DNA of 64,000 bases from positions 1,167 through 65,166 of the forward strand of contig CAMPCJ010000001.1 of the NCBI GenBank assembly GCA_946645685.1, in the 5' to 3' direction. Below the pieces are notes generated by a model. It was given only the letters and a program-made list of their open reading frames with translations. It had not been told where the DNA came from and did no database searches. A program made the translations under genes and the position numbers. The DNA is from an uncultured Clostridia bacterium. Its GTDB lineage: Bacteria; Bacillota; Clostridia; Oscillospirales; SIG627. Shown in pieces: positions 8,417 through 18,282 of this stretch (position 1 is the stretch's first letter; each line of letters begins with the position of its first letter).

Positions 8417-10123
8417 ATGCAAAAGAAACAAAAAGACGTTACGACGGCGGCGTCTGAAGAAAAAAGCGGGAATGAGAAAAGAAAATTCCGCTTGTCGGAT
8501 CTTTGGACCAACAAGCGCCTGCGCGCGATCACCCTTTCCCTGGCGGTGGTGATCCTGGCAGGGATCACGTATCTCGTTCTGGCTTTGACGGTCTTAAAGC
8601 CCGCCTCTCAAGAGGAATTGCCCACCGTCGGACCCCACGGGGAAACGATGGTCAACGGCAAGCCCTTCGTGGTGGAGCCCATTACATCCAGCCAGATCAC
8701 CTCTATCCGGGTGGATAACGCCTTCGGCGGCTTCTACTATTACCGGGTGCAGGGGGACGATCCCGACGACGTGGCTTTCTACTTTGAGGGCGCGGAGAAT
8801 ATGCTTTACGACCAGACCAGCGACTGGATGCAGTCGGATTACAGCGACCTGACGGATCTGCTCGCCAGCGTGTCCATGATCGACGGCTTGTACGGCATTT
8901 CCCGGTATATGTTGGCTACCACGGAAGTGGAGGGCTATGACGCGAACAACCTGGCTCCCTACGGTCTTGAGGGCGACGGTCAGGCAAAACTCACCGTTAC
9001 CTATGAGGACGAAAACGGCGCGGAGCATACCAACGTGGTGAGATTTGGCTATCAGACGGTGTCCGGAGACAGTTACTACGTGATGCCGGAGGGCAGAGAC
9101 GCTCTGTACGTGGTGGCGGATACTACCATTTCCCGCTGCATTTTTACCAATCTGGAAAGCTATTTCACACCTTTGGTAGCGCTGCCGGTCTCCAGCCAGG
9201 AATATGGGAACGTCCTGGAATTGAGCATCGACAAGAATGAAAAGCCCTTTTTCGCCATGCGGATGCTCAGCGAAGAGGAAATGACCGATTCCGGCGATCT
9301 GTTCACGCACATTCTGACCTACCCCAACGAGTATTATCCTTCGGCGGAGAATATGGAAACGGTGCTGAACAAGTTTATGAATTTCAGCGGCACTTCCGTG
9401 GTCGCGTACAACATCAGCATCATGGACGACGAAGAAGATCCTGCCCGGGCGCGGGAATTTGTGGAGCTGATGAAAAAGTACAGCCTGGTGGATGAAAACA
9501 ACCACTGGTACCACACCCTGCGATACAAGTATCAAAGCACCGGGGAGACGGAACTGTATATCAGCCGCAAGATCGAAGTTGTCGGCGCGGAGGGGATGGA
9601 TCCCGTCTATCTCTATTATGTGTACAGCCCTTCCTTTGACGTCATCGTGGAATTCAAGGCGGAGGATCTGCCCTGGCTGGAGTGGGATACGTTGATGTTT
9701 ATGGACAACCACGCGTTCCTGACGCCCATTGACACCGTATCGAGCATCACCATGGCGTGGGGCGATACGGAAGCGCGTTTCGACCTCACCGGCACGGAGA
9801 GCGATCTGGTCGTTACGTCTCCTAACGTGAAGGACATCCATACCGATAATTTCCGCCAGTTGTATAAGGCGATCCTCTTCACCACGATGGAGGGAGAGGC
9901 GGAAGCGACGGACGATGGATCTCTGCTGCTGACGTTGACCATCCATCTGCGAAACGGCGACAAGCACGTGTACCGCTACTACGGGATGACCGCCCGCAAG
10001 GCGTATTACACCCTGGACGGCTCCGGCGAGTTTTACATCAACCGGGACTACGTCAAACAAATGATCTCCGCCTGCACCGGCATCCTCAACGGAGAGACCA
10101 TTTCCGTGGATCGGAGAGATTGA
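8417..10123 (+). CDS. membrane-anchored protein, DUF4340-like (fourth gene of the Gld-like cassette)
   Basis: AAGGAG RBS, a single N-terminal TM (AITLSLAVVILAGITYLVLAL), then about 500 aa predicted to be extracytoplasmic. The family name is assigned from gene position and memory, not from an HMM. Confidence 0.55.
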   Translation: MQKKQKDVTTAASEEKSGNEKRKFRLSDLWTNKRLRAITLSLAVVILAGITYLVLALTVLKPASQEELPTVGPHGETMVNGKPFVVEPITSSQITSIRVDNAFGGFYYYRVQGDDPDDVAFYFEGAENMLYDQTSDWMQSDYSDLTDLLASVSMIDGLYGISRYMLATTEVEGYDANNLAPYGLEGDGQAKLTVTYEDENGAEHTNVVRFGYQTVSGDSYYVMPEGRDALYVVADTTISRCIFTNLESYFTPLVALPVSSQEYGNVLELSIDKNEKPFFAMRMLSEEEMTDSGDLFTHILTYPNEYYPSAENMETVLNKFMNFSGTSVVAYNISIMDDEEDPARAREFVELMKKYSLVDENNHWYHTLRYKYQSTGETELYISRKIEVVGAEGMDPVYLYYVYSPSFDVIVEFKAEDLPWLEWDTLMFMDNHAFLTPIDTVSSITMAWGDTEARFDLTGTESDLVVTSPNVKDIHTDNFRQLYKAILFTTMEGEAEATDDGSLLLTLTIHLRNGDKHVYRYYGMTARKAYYTLDGSGEFYINRDYVKQMISACTGILNGETISVDRRD

Positions 10124-10134
10124 TCGAAGCAAAA

Positions 10135-10171
10135 GAAAAACCGCCCTGCGTATCAGGCAGGGCGGTTTTTC
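10135..10171 (+). terminator. rho-independent terminator after the Gld-like cassette
   Basis: Stem ccgccctgc/gcagggcgg followed by TTTTT. Confidence 0.8.
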
Positions 10172-10240
10172 TCGTCAAACGGCGGGGAGAGGAGGCGGGG
10201 TATCCCCGGGAATACCGGATTGAAAGCCCCCGGAGTAAGG

Positions 10241-10280
10241 AAAAGCCTCATGCAAGCATTGGCTTGTATGAGGCTTTGAC
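10241..10280 (-). terminator. rho-independent terminator after ftsH
   Basis: 13-bp stem gcctcat(g/a)caagc (one G-U pair), 13 nt past the ftsH stop. On the minus strand it is followed by TTTTCCTT. Confidence 0.7.
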
Positions 10281-10292
10281 TTTTGACAAGCT

Positions 10293-12272
10293 TTAAGAAT
10301 CTTTCTTGTCCTCGGCGGCGGCTTTTTCCGCCTCCCGGGCAAGCTTTTCCGCGAGGGTAGCCGCTTTTTCGGCGTCATCCTCCCGCTTGCGGGCGTTTTC
10401 ATCGATGCTCTTGCGGAGCTTTTCGTCCCGGATCCTGGCGATATCGTCCATGGTAGCGCCGTCCTGCATCGCCGCGGCGAACTGCTCTTCGTCCATCACT
10501 TCGTTGTCTATCAGGTACTTGGCTACGAAGTGGAGCTTGTCCATGTGTTCCTTGAGTATTTCGACTGCTTTATCATAAGCGTCGGAAATAATGCGCAGCG
10601 TTTCTTCGTCGATCTCCGCGGCGATCTTCTCCGAATAGTTGGGCGTGCTGCTGAAATCGCGTCCCAGGAAGACTTCGCCGTGACCCGTGCCGTAAACCAC
10701 AGGGCCAAGCTTTTCGCTCATGCCGTATTGGGTGACCATATTCCGCGCGATTTCCGTTGCCCGCTGAATATCGTTGGACGCGCCGGTGGAAATGTCGTCC
10801 AGGATCAGTTTTTCCGCAACTCTGCCGCCCAGCAGGGAAACGATCTCTTCTTCCATTTCCCGTTTAGACTGGTAGCTCTTGTCCTCGCTGGGGAGGGAAA
10901 GGGTGTAGCCGCCCGCGCGGCCCGCGGGAATGATGGAGATCTGATGCACCTTGTCCTGGGTGGGCAGGAAATGGGTGATGACGGCGTGACCCGCTTCGTG
11001 ATACGCCGTTAGTTTCTTATCCTTTTCGGTGACCACCTTGCTCTTCTTCTGAGGCCCGACGAGCACCTTGATGGTGGCTTCCTCCAGCTCGGTGGTGCCA
11101 ATGAGTTTTTTGCCTTTTCTGGCGGACAGAAGCGCCGCTTCGTTCAAAAGGTTGGCAAGATCCGCGCCGGTAAAGCCGGGGGTGCCTTTGGCAAGGGTGG
11201 CGAAATCCACGTCCGCCTCAAAGGGCTTGCCTTTGGCGTGTACACGCAGGATCGCTTCCCGCCCCTTGATGTCCGGATAATTCACGGTGACCTGCCGATC
11301 GAAGCGGCCGGGGCGGAGCAGAGCGGGATCCAGGATGTCCGGCCGGTTGGTCGCCGCCATAACGATGACGCCCTCGTTGGAGCCGAAACCGTCCATTTCC
11401 ACCAGGAGCTGATTCAGAGTCTGCTCCCGTTCGTCGTGACCGCCGCCAAGACCTGCGCCTCTGTGACGGCCTACCGCGTCGATCTCATCAATGAAAACGA
11501 TGCTGGGCGCGTTCTTCTTGGCGTTTTCAAACAGGTCGCGAACGCGGCTGGCGCCGACGCCCACGTACATTTCCACAAAATCCGAGCCGGAAATGGAGTA
11601 GAAAGGAACGTCCGCCTCCCCGGCGACCGCCTTGGCAAGCAGGGTCTTACCGGTGCCGGGCGGTCCGATGAGCAGTACGCCGTGGGGGATCTTGGCGCCC
11701 AATTCTTTGTACCGGGCGGGATTCTTCAAAAACTCCACGATCTCGGCAAGTTCTTCTTTCTCTTCATCCGCGCCGGCAACGTCGGAAAAGAAAACTTTTT
11801 TCTTTTCCTCAGCGCCCAGCTTTGCTCTGGCTTTGCCGAAGGAATTGATCCGGCTGCCCTTGCCGCCGTTCGCCTGATTCATTGCGTAGATGAAAAGCCC
11901 TACCATCACGCCGATAATGAGCAGATAAGGCAAAAAGCTCACCCACCAGGGGTAATTCACTGGCGCCTTGTAGGTGTATTTGGTATCCAGATTCTTGTTT
12001 TCGTCCACGTATTTCTGGATCTCCTCCCGGAAAGAGGAGATGTTTTGCAGATCGTGACGGTATTCTTTGTTCTCCGTGGATTTGATGAGCAAAACGCCGC
12101 CGGCGTCCACCGTAAAGGTTTTGACCTCATCATTCTTGAACATCTCGATCACTTCGCCGTAGGTCAGGTTCTTCTGGGTGGAAGAAGTGTTCAGCAGAAA
12201 ACTCACGATCCCGACCACGACCAGGATCAGAATGGCGTAAAAAACGAAAACGCGAAAATTGTTTCTTTTCAT
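10293..12272 (-). CDS. ftsH: ATP-dependent zinc metalloprotease FtsH
   Basis: Two N-terminal TM helices, Walker [14 protein letters not shown], zinc motif HEAGHA, and the conserved tilS-hpt-ftsH gene order. Confidence 0.97.
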   Translation of the reverse strand: MKRNNFRVFVFYAILILVVVGIVSFLLNTSSTQKNLTYGEVIEMFKNDEVKTFTVDAGGVLLIKSTENKEYRHDLQNISSFREEIQKYVDENKNLDTKYTYKAPVNYPWWVSFLPYLLIIGVMVGLFIYAMNQANGGKGSRINSFGKARAKLGAEEKKKVFFSDVAGADEEKEELAEIVEFLKNPARYKELGAKIPHGVLLIGPPGTGKTLLAKAVAGEADVPFYSISGSDFVEMYVGVGASRVRDLFENAKKNAPSIVFIDEIDAVGRHRGAGLGGGHDEREQTLNQLLVEMDGFGSNEGVIVMAATNRPDILDPALLRPGRFDRQVTVNYPDIKGREAILRVHAKGKPFEADVDFATLAKGTPGFTGADLANLLNEAALLSARKGKKLIGTTELEEATIKVLVGPQKKSKVVTEKDKKLTAYHEAGHAVITHFLPTQDKVHQISIIPAGRAGGYTLSLPSEDKSYQSKREMEEEIVSLLGGRVAEKLILDDISTGASNDIQRATEIARNMVTQYGMSEKLGPVVYGTGHGEVFLGRDFSSTPNYSEKIAAEIDEETLRIISDAYDKAVEILKEHMDKLHFVAKYLIDNEVMDEEQFAAAMQDGATMDDIARIRDEKLRKSIDENARKREDDAEKAATLAEKLAREAEKAAAEDKKDS

Positions 12273-12282
12273 GCAGTGCTCC

Positions 12283-12858
12283 TTATGATTCGTAAATGGA
12301 ACGCTTTAGAATGCCGATGTAGGGAAGATTGCGATAGACTTCGTTGTAGTCCAGACCGTAGCCGACCAGGAATTCATCTTCCACGTCGTATCCCTTGAAG
12401 TCGGTTTTGATATCCACCACCCGCCGCGCGGGCTTGTCCAGCATGGTGCAGATCTTGACGGAGTTGGCGCCGCTGGCGGCAAAATACTCCGTGAGTTTTT
12501 TCAGCGTGCGCCCGCTGTCCAGAATGTCCTCTACCAGAATGACGTCCGCGCCGCCCACCAGCTTCTTGTCCAGCTCCATGTTGATCTGGACTCTCCCGCA
12601 GGATTCGGTGCCGGAGCCGTAGCTGGAGGCTTGAAGGAAGAGAACTTCCACAGGCAAATTGATTTGGCGCATCAGATCGGACAGAAAGATCACGGATCCT
12701 TTCAGCACGCCGATGAGAATGAGCCGACGCTCCTTGATGCTTTCCCGATACGCGTCGGAGATCTCTTTTCCCAGGCGGGCGACCATTTTTTCAATGGCGT
12801 CCCGGTCAAACATAACGCTTTCCAGATCTTTTTCCATTTCCTTGAAATCCGGGTTCAT
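12283..12858 (-). CDS. hpt: hypoxanthine phosphoribosyltransferase
   Basis: PRPP-binding motif [13 protein letters not shown] and a GYGLDY segment. Confidence 0.93.
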   Translation of the reverse strand: MNPDFKEMEKDLESVMFDRDAIEKMVARLGKEISDAYRESIKERRLILIGVLKGSVIFLSDLMRQINLPVEVLFLQASSYGSGTESCGRVQINMELDKKLVGGADVILVEDILDSGRTLKKLTEYFAASGANSVKICTMLDKPARRVVDIKTDFKGYDVEDEFLVGYGLDYNEVYRNLPYIGILKRSIYES

Positions 12859-14273
12859 GATGGCAAACCGTCCTTCTTGTTTTTTTCATTCGGGCTGAAA
12901 CGGAGCTGCATCGTAAAAACAAAAGAAGCTTCGGGATCCCTGGCGCGATCGGAAAGACCCAGGCGCGGGACCCAAAAAACGCCGCTCTCGTCACAGATCA
13001 CCGGGAGACGTTTCCTTTCGTCAGCTGAAACGCCCGCGTCACACAGCGCTTTTTTCACGCTCTTTGACATACCGTTCATCCGGATCCGATCTCCGGGTGA
13101 GAGCCCTCTTACACAAAGTTCACCCTTTATTCTATCGGAAGCGGCTTGAATAATCAAGTGATTTTTGTGAATATTTCGGACTTTTCCCCGGGCGGGGGCA
13201 GACCGTGTCAAAACCGCGCCGATTTCCGGAATGGCTGTGTCCCCGATCTGTAAGATATGTCGATACGGGACTGTGGATACCGGATGGGGCGTTTTTCCGA
13301 ACGAGAGGGAATCTTTCTCCCGGAAAAATGAAAAACCGTTTGCGATCTCGATTATTTTGCCCATCCCGGCGCTCTTTAATAACGAAAGGATCGCCTCGAA
13401 CCGTTCAAAGGGAACGGATAGTCCTTTTGTTTTTGCCATCCGGCGCAATATCTCATAAAGCAGAGGACGATCCGCTTCGTCCGCCGCAAGGAGGACGGCG
13501 TCCCGGAAACGCACACGGGCGCTTTTCGGATCGTTGCCCGTTTCCTTTTCCCACTGATCCGCCGCTTTCCGGATCAGGGCGTTTTGGGAAAAAGCGATCC
13601 CGGCAAAGCGTGCCAGAGCGGCACCGGCGCCCGGAACGGCTTTTTCCAAAGCGGGAAGAACCTCCCGGCGCAGGCGGTTGCGGGTATAGGCAAGATCGGC
13701 GTTGCTGCTGTCCGTGATGAACGGCAGCTTTTTTTCCTCAAGGTACGCCGCCAGTGTTTTGGCGGTGAAGGGAAGCAGGGGGCGGATCAGATCCCGCGAG
13801 ACGGGCGAAATGCCCGCCGCGCCGGCGAAGCCCGTTCCCCGCGCCAGGTGAAACAAAACCGTTTCCGCCTGATCGTCGGCGGTATGCGCCGTGGCGATGA
13901 AGCGACAGCCTCGCTCTTTTGCGACTTCCCGCAGCAGGCGGTAACGCTCCGTTCTGGCGCCTTCTTCCAGACCGACGCCTTCCTTCTCGCAAAAAGCGGG
14001 TACGTCCGCGCGCCGTACAGAAAAGGGAATGCCGCGCTCCTCACAGAAGGCGCGGCAAAAAGCCTCGTCCCGATCCGCCTCGTCTCCGCGGATCATGTGA
14101 TTGACGTGGCAGGCGGCAAGGGTGATGCCCGCCTCGTCCCTCACTTCCAGAAGCAGCCCCGTCAGCGCCACGGAATCCTTTCCGCCGGAAAAGGCGATCA
14201 GGATCCCGTCGCCGGGTCTCAAATCTGCCAGAGACGACAGGTGTTTCCGGAAGGCGGCAGTCAAGGATGCCAT
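12855..14273 (-). CDS. tilS: tRNA(Ile)-lysidine synthase
   Basis: PP-loop motif IAFSGGKDS. 4-nt ATGA overlap with hpt. Confidence 0.93.
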   Translation of the reverse strand: MASLTAAFRKHLSSLADLRPGDGILIAFSGGKDSVALTGLLLEVRDEAGITLAACHVNHMIRGDEADRDEAFCRAFCEERGIPFSVRRADVPAFCEKEGVGLEEGARTERYRLLREVAKERGCRFIATAHTADDQAETVLFHLARGTGFAGAAGISPVSRDLIRPLLPFTAKTLAAYLEEKKLPFITDSSNADLAYTRNRLRREVLPALEKAVPGAGAALARFAGIAFSQNALIRKAADQWEKETGNDPKSARVRFRDAVLLAADEADRPLLYEILRRMAKTKGLSVPFERFEAILSLLKSAGMGKIIEIANGFSFFREKDSLSFGKTPHPVSTVPYRHILQIGDTAIPEIGAVLTRSAPARGKVRNIHKNHLIIQAASDRIKGELCVRGLSPGDRIRMNGMSKSVKKALCDAGVSADERKRLPVICDESGVFWVPRLGLSDRARDPEASFVFTMQLRFSPNEKNKKDGLPS

Positions 14274-14277
14274 AGCC

Positions 14278-15684
14278 TCAGGCTTCCTCTCCCTCGTAGC
14301 GAGCCTCTACCGTCAGGAAACGGGTATACCGCTCGTCGAAGATCATCTTTACGTTGCGGGTGCTGCCGTGGCGGTTTTTGGCGATGATACATTCCGCGGA
14401 GTTATCGTCCTGCTTGTTGGCAAGATCGTAGTACTTTTCCCGGTGAAGGAACATGACCACGTCCGCGTCCTGCTCAATGGCGCCGGAATCACGCAGATCG
14501 GTCAGCTGAGGCCGCTTGTCCTTGCGATCCTGAGAAATACGGGAAAGCTGGGAGCAGCAGAGGATGGGCACGCCTAACTCCTTTGCCATGATCTTCATGT
14601 TCCGGGTGATGTCCGCCACTTCCAGGACACGGTTGTCCTTATACCGGTTGGAGTTCATCAATTGGAGATAGTCGATGATCACAAGCCCCAGATTTTTGAT
14701 GCGAAGGAGTTTGGATCGCATATCGCCCACCGTCATACCGTTGGACTCGTCAATGTAGATCTGCGTTTCGGAGAGGGCGACGGCGGCGGCGCTCAGCTTG
14801 CTGTAATCCTCATCCTCCAGATCCCCTTCCCGAAGCTTCTTGCTGTCGATGTGCCCTTCGGCGGAGAGCATACGGGATACCAATTCCGTTTTCGTCATTT
14901 CCAGAGAAAAGATAGCGACAGCCTTGTCCGGGCGGTGCTTGGCGACCTCCGCGGCGATGTTCAGAACGAAGCTGGTCTTACCCATACCGGGACGGGCGCC
15001 CACCAAAATGAAATCGCCGGGATTCATACCCGCCAGCGTCCAGTCGATCTCGCTGAAATAGGTCTGGATGCTGGAAGAATGCTCTTTGTTTTCCCGTTTG
15101 TCCTTCAGTTCCTTGTAAAATTGGGGGATGATCTCGGAGATCTTGGAAAAATCGTGGGTCGTTTCTCTGCGGGTCAGATCAAAGATGCGCTGTTCCGCGT
15201 TCTGCAGGATCTCCTGCACGTCGCCTTCGTGACCGTAGGCGCTTCGCATGATCTCCTCGGAGGCAAAGATCAACTGCCGCAGCAGGCTCTTTTCCTTCAC
15301 AACAGCGGCGTAATCCGTGATGTTGGTCACGCCGGGGACGTTTTCCGCGAGCTGGCGGATGTACGCCGTGCCGGATTCCTCCGTGTAGACGCCGTCCTTC
15401 ACCAGAAGGGTGAGCAGCGTCACCACGTCGATCCCTTTTCCCTGAGAGAACAGATCTACCAGCGCGCTGAAGATCCTGCCGTGCTTTTCAATATAAAAGT
15501 CACCGCTGGTCACCAACTGCGTCACGTCGCCGATCCGCTCACTGTCCAGGATCATGGCGCCCAGAAGCGCCTGTTCGTTTTCCACGGAGTAGGGAAGCTG
15601 CATCCCCAACGTGGAGCCGACTTGCGCCACTACCTGCTGCTGCAGTTCCGTTTCCCGGAGGGATCCTCTCACTTCGTCAGCCAC
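14278..15684 (-). CDS. dnaB: replicative DNA helicase
   Basis: N-terminal ENEQALLGAMILD and Walker A GARPGMGKTSF, in a RecA-like C-terminal domain. Start set at GTG 15684, preceded by GGAGG (GGAGGCATAACGTG); the rplI stop lies inside this spacer. Confidence 0.95.
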   Translation of the reverse strand: MADEVRGSLRETELQQQVVAQVGSTLGMQLPYSVENEQALLGAMILDSERIGDVTQLVTSGDFYIEKHGRIFSALVDLFSQGKGIDVVTLLTLLVKDGVYTEESGTAYIRQLAENVPGVTNITDYAAVVKEKSLLRQLIFASEEIMRSAYGHEGDVQEILQNAEQRIFDLTRRETTHDFSKISEIIPQFYKELKDKRENKEHSSSIQTYFSEIDWTLAGMNPGDFILVGARPGMGKTSFVLNIAAEVAKHRPDKAVAIFSLEMTKTELVSRMLSAEGHIDSKKLREGDLEDEDYSKLSAAAVALSETQIYIDESNGMTVGDMRSKLLRIKNLGLVIIDYLQLMNSNRYKDNRVLEVADITRNMKIMAKELGVPILCCSQLSRISQDRKDKRPQLTDLRDSGAIEQDADVVMFLHREKYYDLANKQDDNSAECIIAKNRHGSTRNVKMIFDERYTRFLTVEARYEGEEA

Positions 15685-15685
15685 G

Positions 15686-16129
15686 TTATGCCTCCACAAC
15701 GACTTTCAGCTTGGCGCTGATGCCGGCATACAATTTTACGGTCGCCGTATAGGTGCCGAAGTTTTTGACGCTTTCCATTTCGATCTTCCGCTTATCGATC
15801 TTTACGCCGTGTTCCGTTTCAAGCAGTTCGGAGATATGGGCGTTGGTCACGGAGCCGTAGATCTTGCCTTCCTCGGCACCCGCGGCTGCTTTTGCGTGGA
15901 CGGTCATGCTTTCCAGCTTCGCTTTCAACGCTTCCGCTTCCTCCCGTTCCACCTTGTCCCGGTACGCTTTGGAGGAGATCTGGTTTTTCAGTTCGTTTTC
16001 CGCCTTGGCGTCCGCCTGCCCGGCAATGCCCTTGGGCAGAAGAAAGTTCCGGGCGTACCCGTCGGAGACCGTCACGATCTCACCGGTCTTGCCCAGTCCC
16101 TTAAAATCCTTTTTCAAAACAACTTTCAT
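15686..16129 (-). CDS. rplI: 50S ribosomal protein L9
   Basis: [34 protein letters not shown]. The second ATG (16129) was chosen because it is 8 nt from AAGGAGG. Confidence 0.95.
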   Translation of the reverse strand: MKVVLKKDFKGLGKTGEIVTVSDGYARNFLLPKGIAGQADAKAENELKNQISSKAYRDKVEREEAEALKAKLESMTVHAKAAAGAEEGKIYGSVTNAHISELLETEHGVKIDKRKIEMESVKNFGTYTATVKLYAGISAKLKVVVEA

Positions 16130-16142
16130 TGTCATTTCCTCC

Positions 16143-18158
16143 TTATTTTTCGTTCAAATATTGATCCACGACTTCTTTCAGCTGCACAAAGGCTTCTTTG
16201 ATGTCGGTGTCTTTCATTTGGGCGCCCGCCATATCGAAGTGTCCGCCGCCGTTCAATCGCTCGGTGATCAGCTGCACGTTAACTTTGCCGCCGGAACGGG
16301 CGGAGATGTGGACGGTGTTCCCGATGCGGCACAGAACGAAGGACGCCAAAACCCCTTCCAGGGTCAGAAGCCTGTCTGCCGCCTTGGACGCGGCGATCTT
16401 ATCCTCCGCCGTGGCGTCCGTATCCAAAAAGGAAAAGGCGATCACGTCCCGGTAAATGAAGGCGTTGGCTTCAAAGCGGACTTCCCGCTTGAAATCGTTC
16501 AAGTCGGAACGGAAGAGCATTTGCGCTTCCGCGGGATTTGCGCCGCAGCTTCTCAAGTACAGCGCGGCGGCGAAGGTGCGGGGGCCGGTATTGTTGGCAA
16601 ACTGCTTGGTATCCAGGATCATACCGGCGAAGAGAAGCTCCGCTTCTTCCTTCAAAAGTTTTCCCTGGGGCAGCGCCAGCTCCAGCATTTCGCTCACCAG
16701 CTCGCTGGCGCTGGAGGCGTTGGGTTCTATATAGGTGATCACCGGCTTGTTGGTGAATTCAGCCGTCTGCCGGTGGTGATCCACGATGATCACGTCCTTG
16801 ATGTTTTCGTAAAGCTCGGGAGCCTCAAACTGCATCACGTTGTTGACGTCCGTAATGATGAGCAGTGTGGAGGAGGTGATCAGATCCTGTGCCGATACGC
16901 CGTCGATAAACAGATCCCGGTATTCCGGCAGACCTTCCAGCTTCTTGAAAATGCCTTTCAGATTGGGGTCGCTCACGTTTACGACTACGTTTACACGGCT
17001 GCAGTACTCCATGGCAAAACGCGCCATACCCACGCAAGATCCGATCGAGTCGTGATCGGCAAAGCGATGCCCCATGATCAGAACGTTGGACGCGCCCCTG
17101 AGGGCGGAAACGATCCCCGCGGATACGATCCGGGAGCGGATCCGGTCGCGCTTCTGCACGGTTTTGGTGCGGCCGCCGTAATATTCCGTCGCGTTGCCCC
17201 GGCGTTTGATCACAGCCTGGTCGCCGCCCCGCTGGAGAGCCAGATCCAGCGCCTGGAAGGCGATGACTTCTTTTTCGCTCATACTTCCGTCGGTGGCGGC
17301 AATACCGATGGATACGGTGACGGGAATTTCAGAACTGTCCTTGGAAAGCTCCCGTACCTGATCCAGAATGTCAAATTTTTTCTCGGTGCATTCGTTGAGA
17401 TGCTTCTCTTCCATCACCAGGATAAAGCGGTCGTTTTCCACTTCCCGCAGAATGGCGCCCATACTATTCGCCCATTCTTTCAACAAAATGGCAATCTTGG
17501 CGGTAACGGTGCGGTAGTTTGACTGAGAGATACCGGCGATCTCGGAATAACTGTCCACGGCGGCGTATGCCACCACCGGATTTTTGTTTGCCAGCTCCTC
17601 TTTCAGTTCTAATAGCCGGTCAATGGATTGCCAGACGGTGATCACGCACAATTTATCCCCGGTGTAGATGCGGTAGGGAAGAAGCTCAAACTGCTTGCCG
17701 CCGATCTTGCCGTTGATGGGGCGGGTGTGCAGGTCTTCCTCCGCTTCCTCCGTAAGGCGCCTCAGGGAGATCTTTGTTTCCGAGATCTCGTTGATGTTCC
17801 GGTCATACAAATTGTCCTGGGTGGGCAGGATCGTCTGAAAGGAGCGGTTGTACCACAAAATCTCGCCTTTTTCTCCCAGAATGAGGCAGGGCAGGGAAAA
17901 GTCCATAAGAAAGTCCAGCGTCACACCCCCCAGGATATTCAGCTGTTCTTCCCGTGCCGCCCGCCGCTTGTTGGAAAGCGTTCCGTAGATCCACAAAAGG
18001 GCGAGCTCCGCCAGAAGGGCGCCGATGGCGACGGGCAGAGGCAGAAAAGACGCCGTCAGAATGCTCAGCGCCCCCGCGCTGCCCAGCAGCGCCAGAGAAG
18101 ACACCACCAAGATCAAAAAGGGCTTGAGCTTGGCAAATGCGCCGTATTTCCGTTTCAT
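16143..18158 (-). CDS. gdpP: GdpP/YybT-type DHH-DHHA1 phosphodiesterase (c-di-AMP phosphodiesterase family)
   Basis: Two N-terminal TM helices, a central PAS/degenerate-GGDEF-like region, IIVDHHR (DHH) and LNGGGH (DHHA1) motifs. Conserved position upstream of rplI-dnaB. Confidence 0.9.
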   Translation of the reverse strand: MKRKYGAFAKLKPFLILVVSSLALLGSAGALSILTASFLPLPVAIGALLAELALLWIYGTLSNKRRAAREEQLNILGGVTLDFLMDFSLPCLILGEKGEILWYNRSFQTILPTQDNLYDRNINEISETKISLRRLTEEAEEDLHTRPINGKIGGKQFELLPYRIYTGDKLCVITVWQSIDRLLELKEELANKNPVVAYAAVDSYSEIAGISQSNYRTVTAKIAILLKEWANSMGAILREVENDRFILVMEEKHLNECTEKKFDILDQVRELSKDSSEIPVTVSIGIAATDGSMSEKEVIAFQALDLALQRGGDQAVIKRRGNATEYYGGRTKTVQKRDRIRSRIVSAGIVSALRGASNVLIMGHRFADHDSIGSCVGMARFAMEYCSRVNVVVNVSDPNLKGIFKKLEGLPEYRDLFIDGVSAQDLITSSTLLIITDVNNVMQFEAPELYENIKDVIIVDHHRQTAEFTNKPVITYIEPNASSASELVSEMLELALPQGKLLKEEAELLFAGMILDTKQFANNTGPRTFAAALYLRSCGANPAEAQMLFRSDLNDFKREVRFEANAFIYRDVIAFSFLDTDATAEDKIAASKAADRLLTLEGVLASFVLCRIGNTVHISARSGGKVNVQLITERLNGGGHFDMAGAQMKDTDIKEAFVQLKEVVDQYLNEK

Positions 18159-18198
18159 ATCCGTCCCTTTCCCGCGTCTGCGTTAGTCTATTCATTTT

Positions 18199-18226
18199 AT
18201 TATAGCACAAGCCTTTGTTCTTGTAA
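18199..18226 (-). promoter_or_regulatory. putative promoter of the gdpP-rplI-dnaB unit
   Basis: Minus strand: TTACAA (18226-18221), 16-nt spacer, TGcTATAAT (-10 at 18204-18199). Confidence 0.5.
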
Positions 18227-18228
18227 AG

Positions 18229-18274
18229 AAAAAACGGAGCCGATTTCCTCTCGATTTCGGGAGAATCGGCTCCG
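18229..18274 (-). terminator. rho-independent terminator after the parC-like gene
   Basis: Minus strand: stem cggagccgatt...aatcggctccg followed by TTTTTT. Confidence 0.8.
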
Positions 18275-18282
18275 ATGTTGCT

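Noticed and set aside
10175-10402. A 75-aa minus-strand ORF overlapping the ftsH 3' end and terminator region.
   Set aside because: It overlaps the ftsH coding sequence and both terminators, has a Pro/Lys/Arg-rich low-complexity sequence, and has no RBS.
14278-18158. Possible replication-origin features (DnaA-box clusters) near the gdpP-rplI-dnaB block, which is origin-proximal in many Firmicutes.
   Set aside because: I saw no cluster of TTATCCACA-like boxes in any intergenic region. The only near match noticed (tgtggatac, about 13272) lies inside tilS. There is no AT-rich unwinding element.
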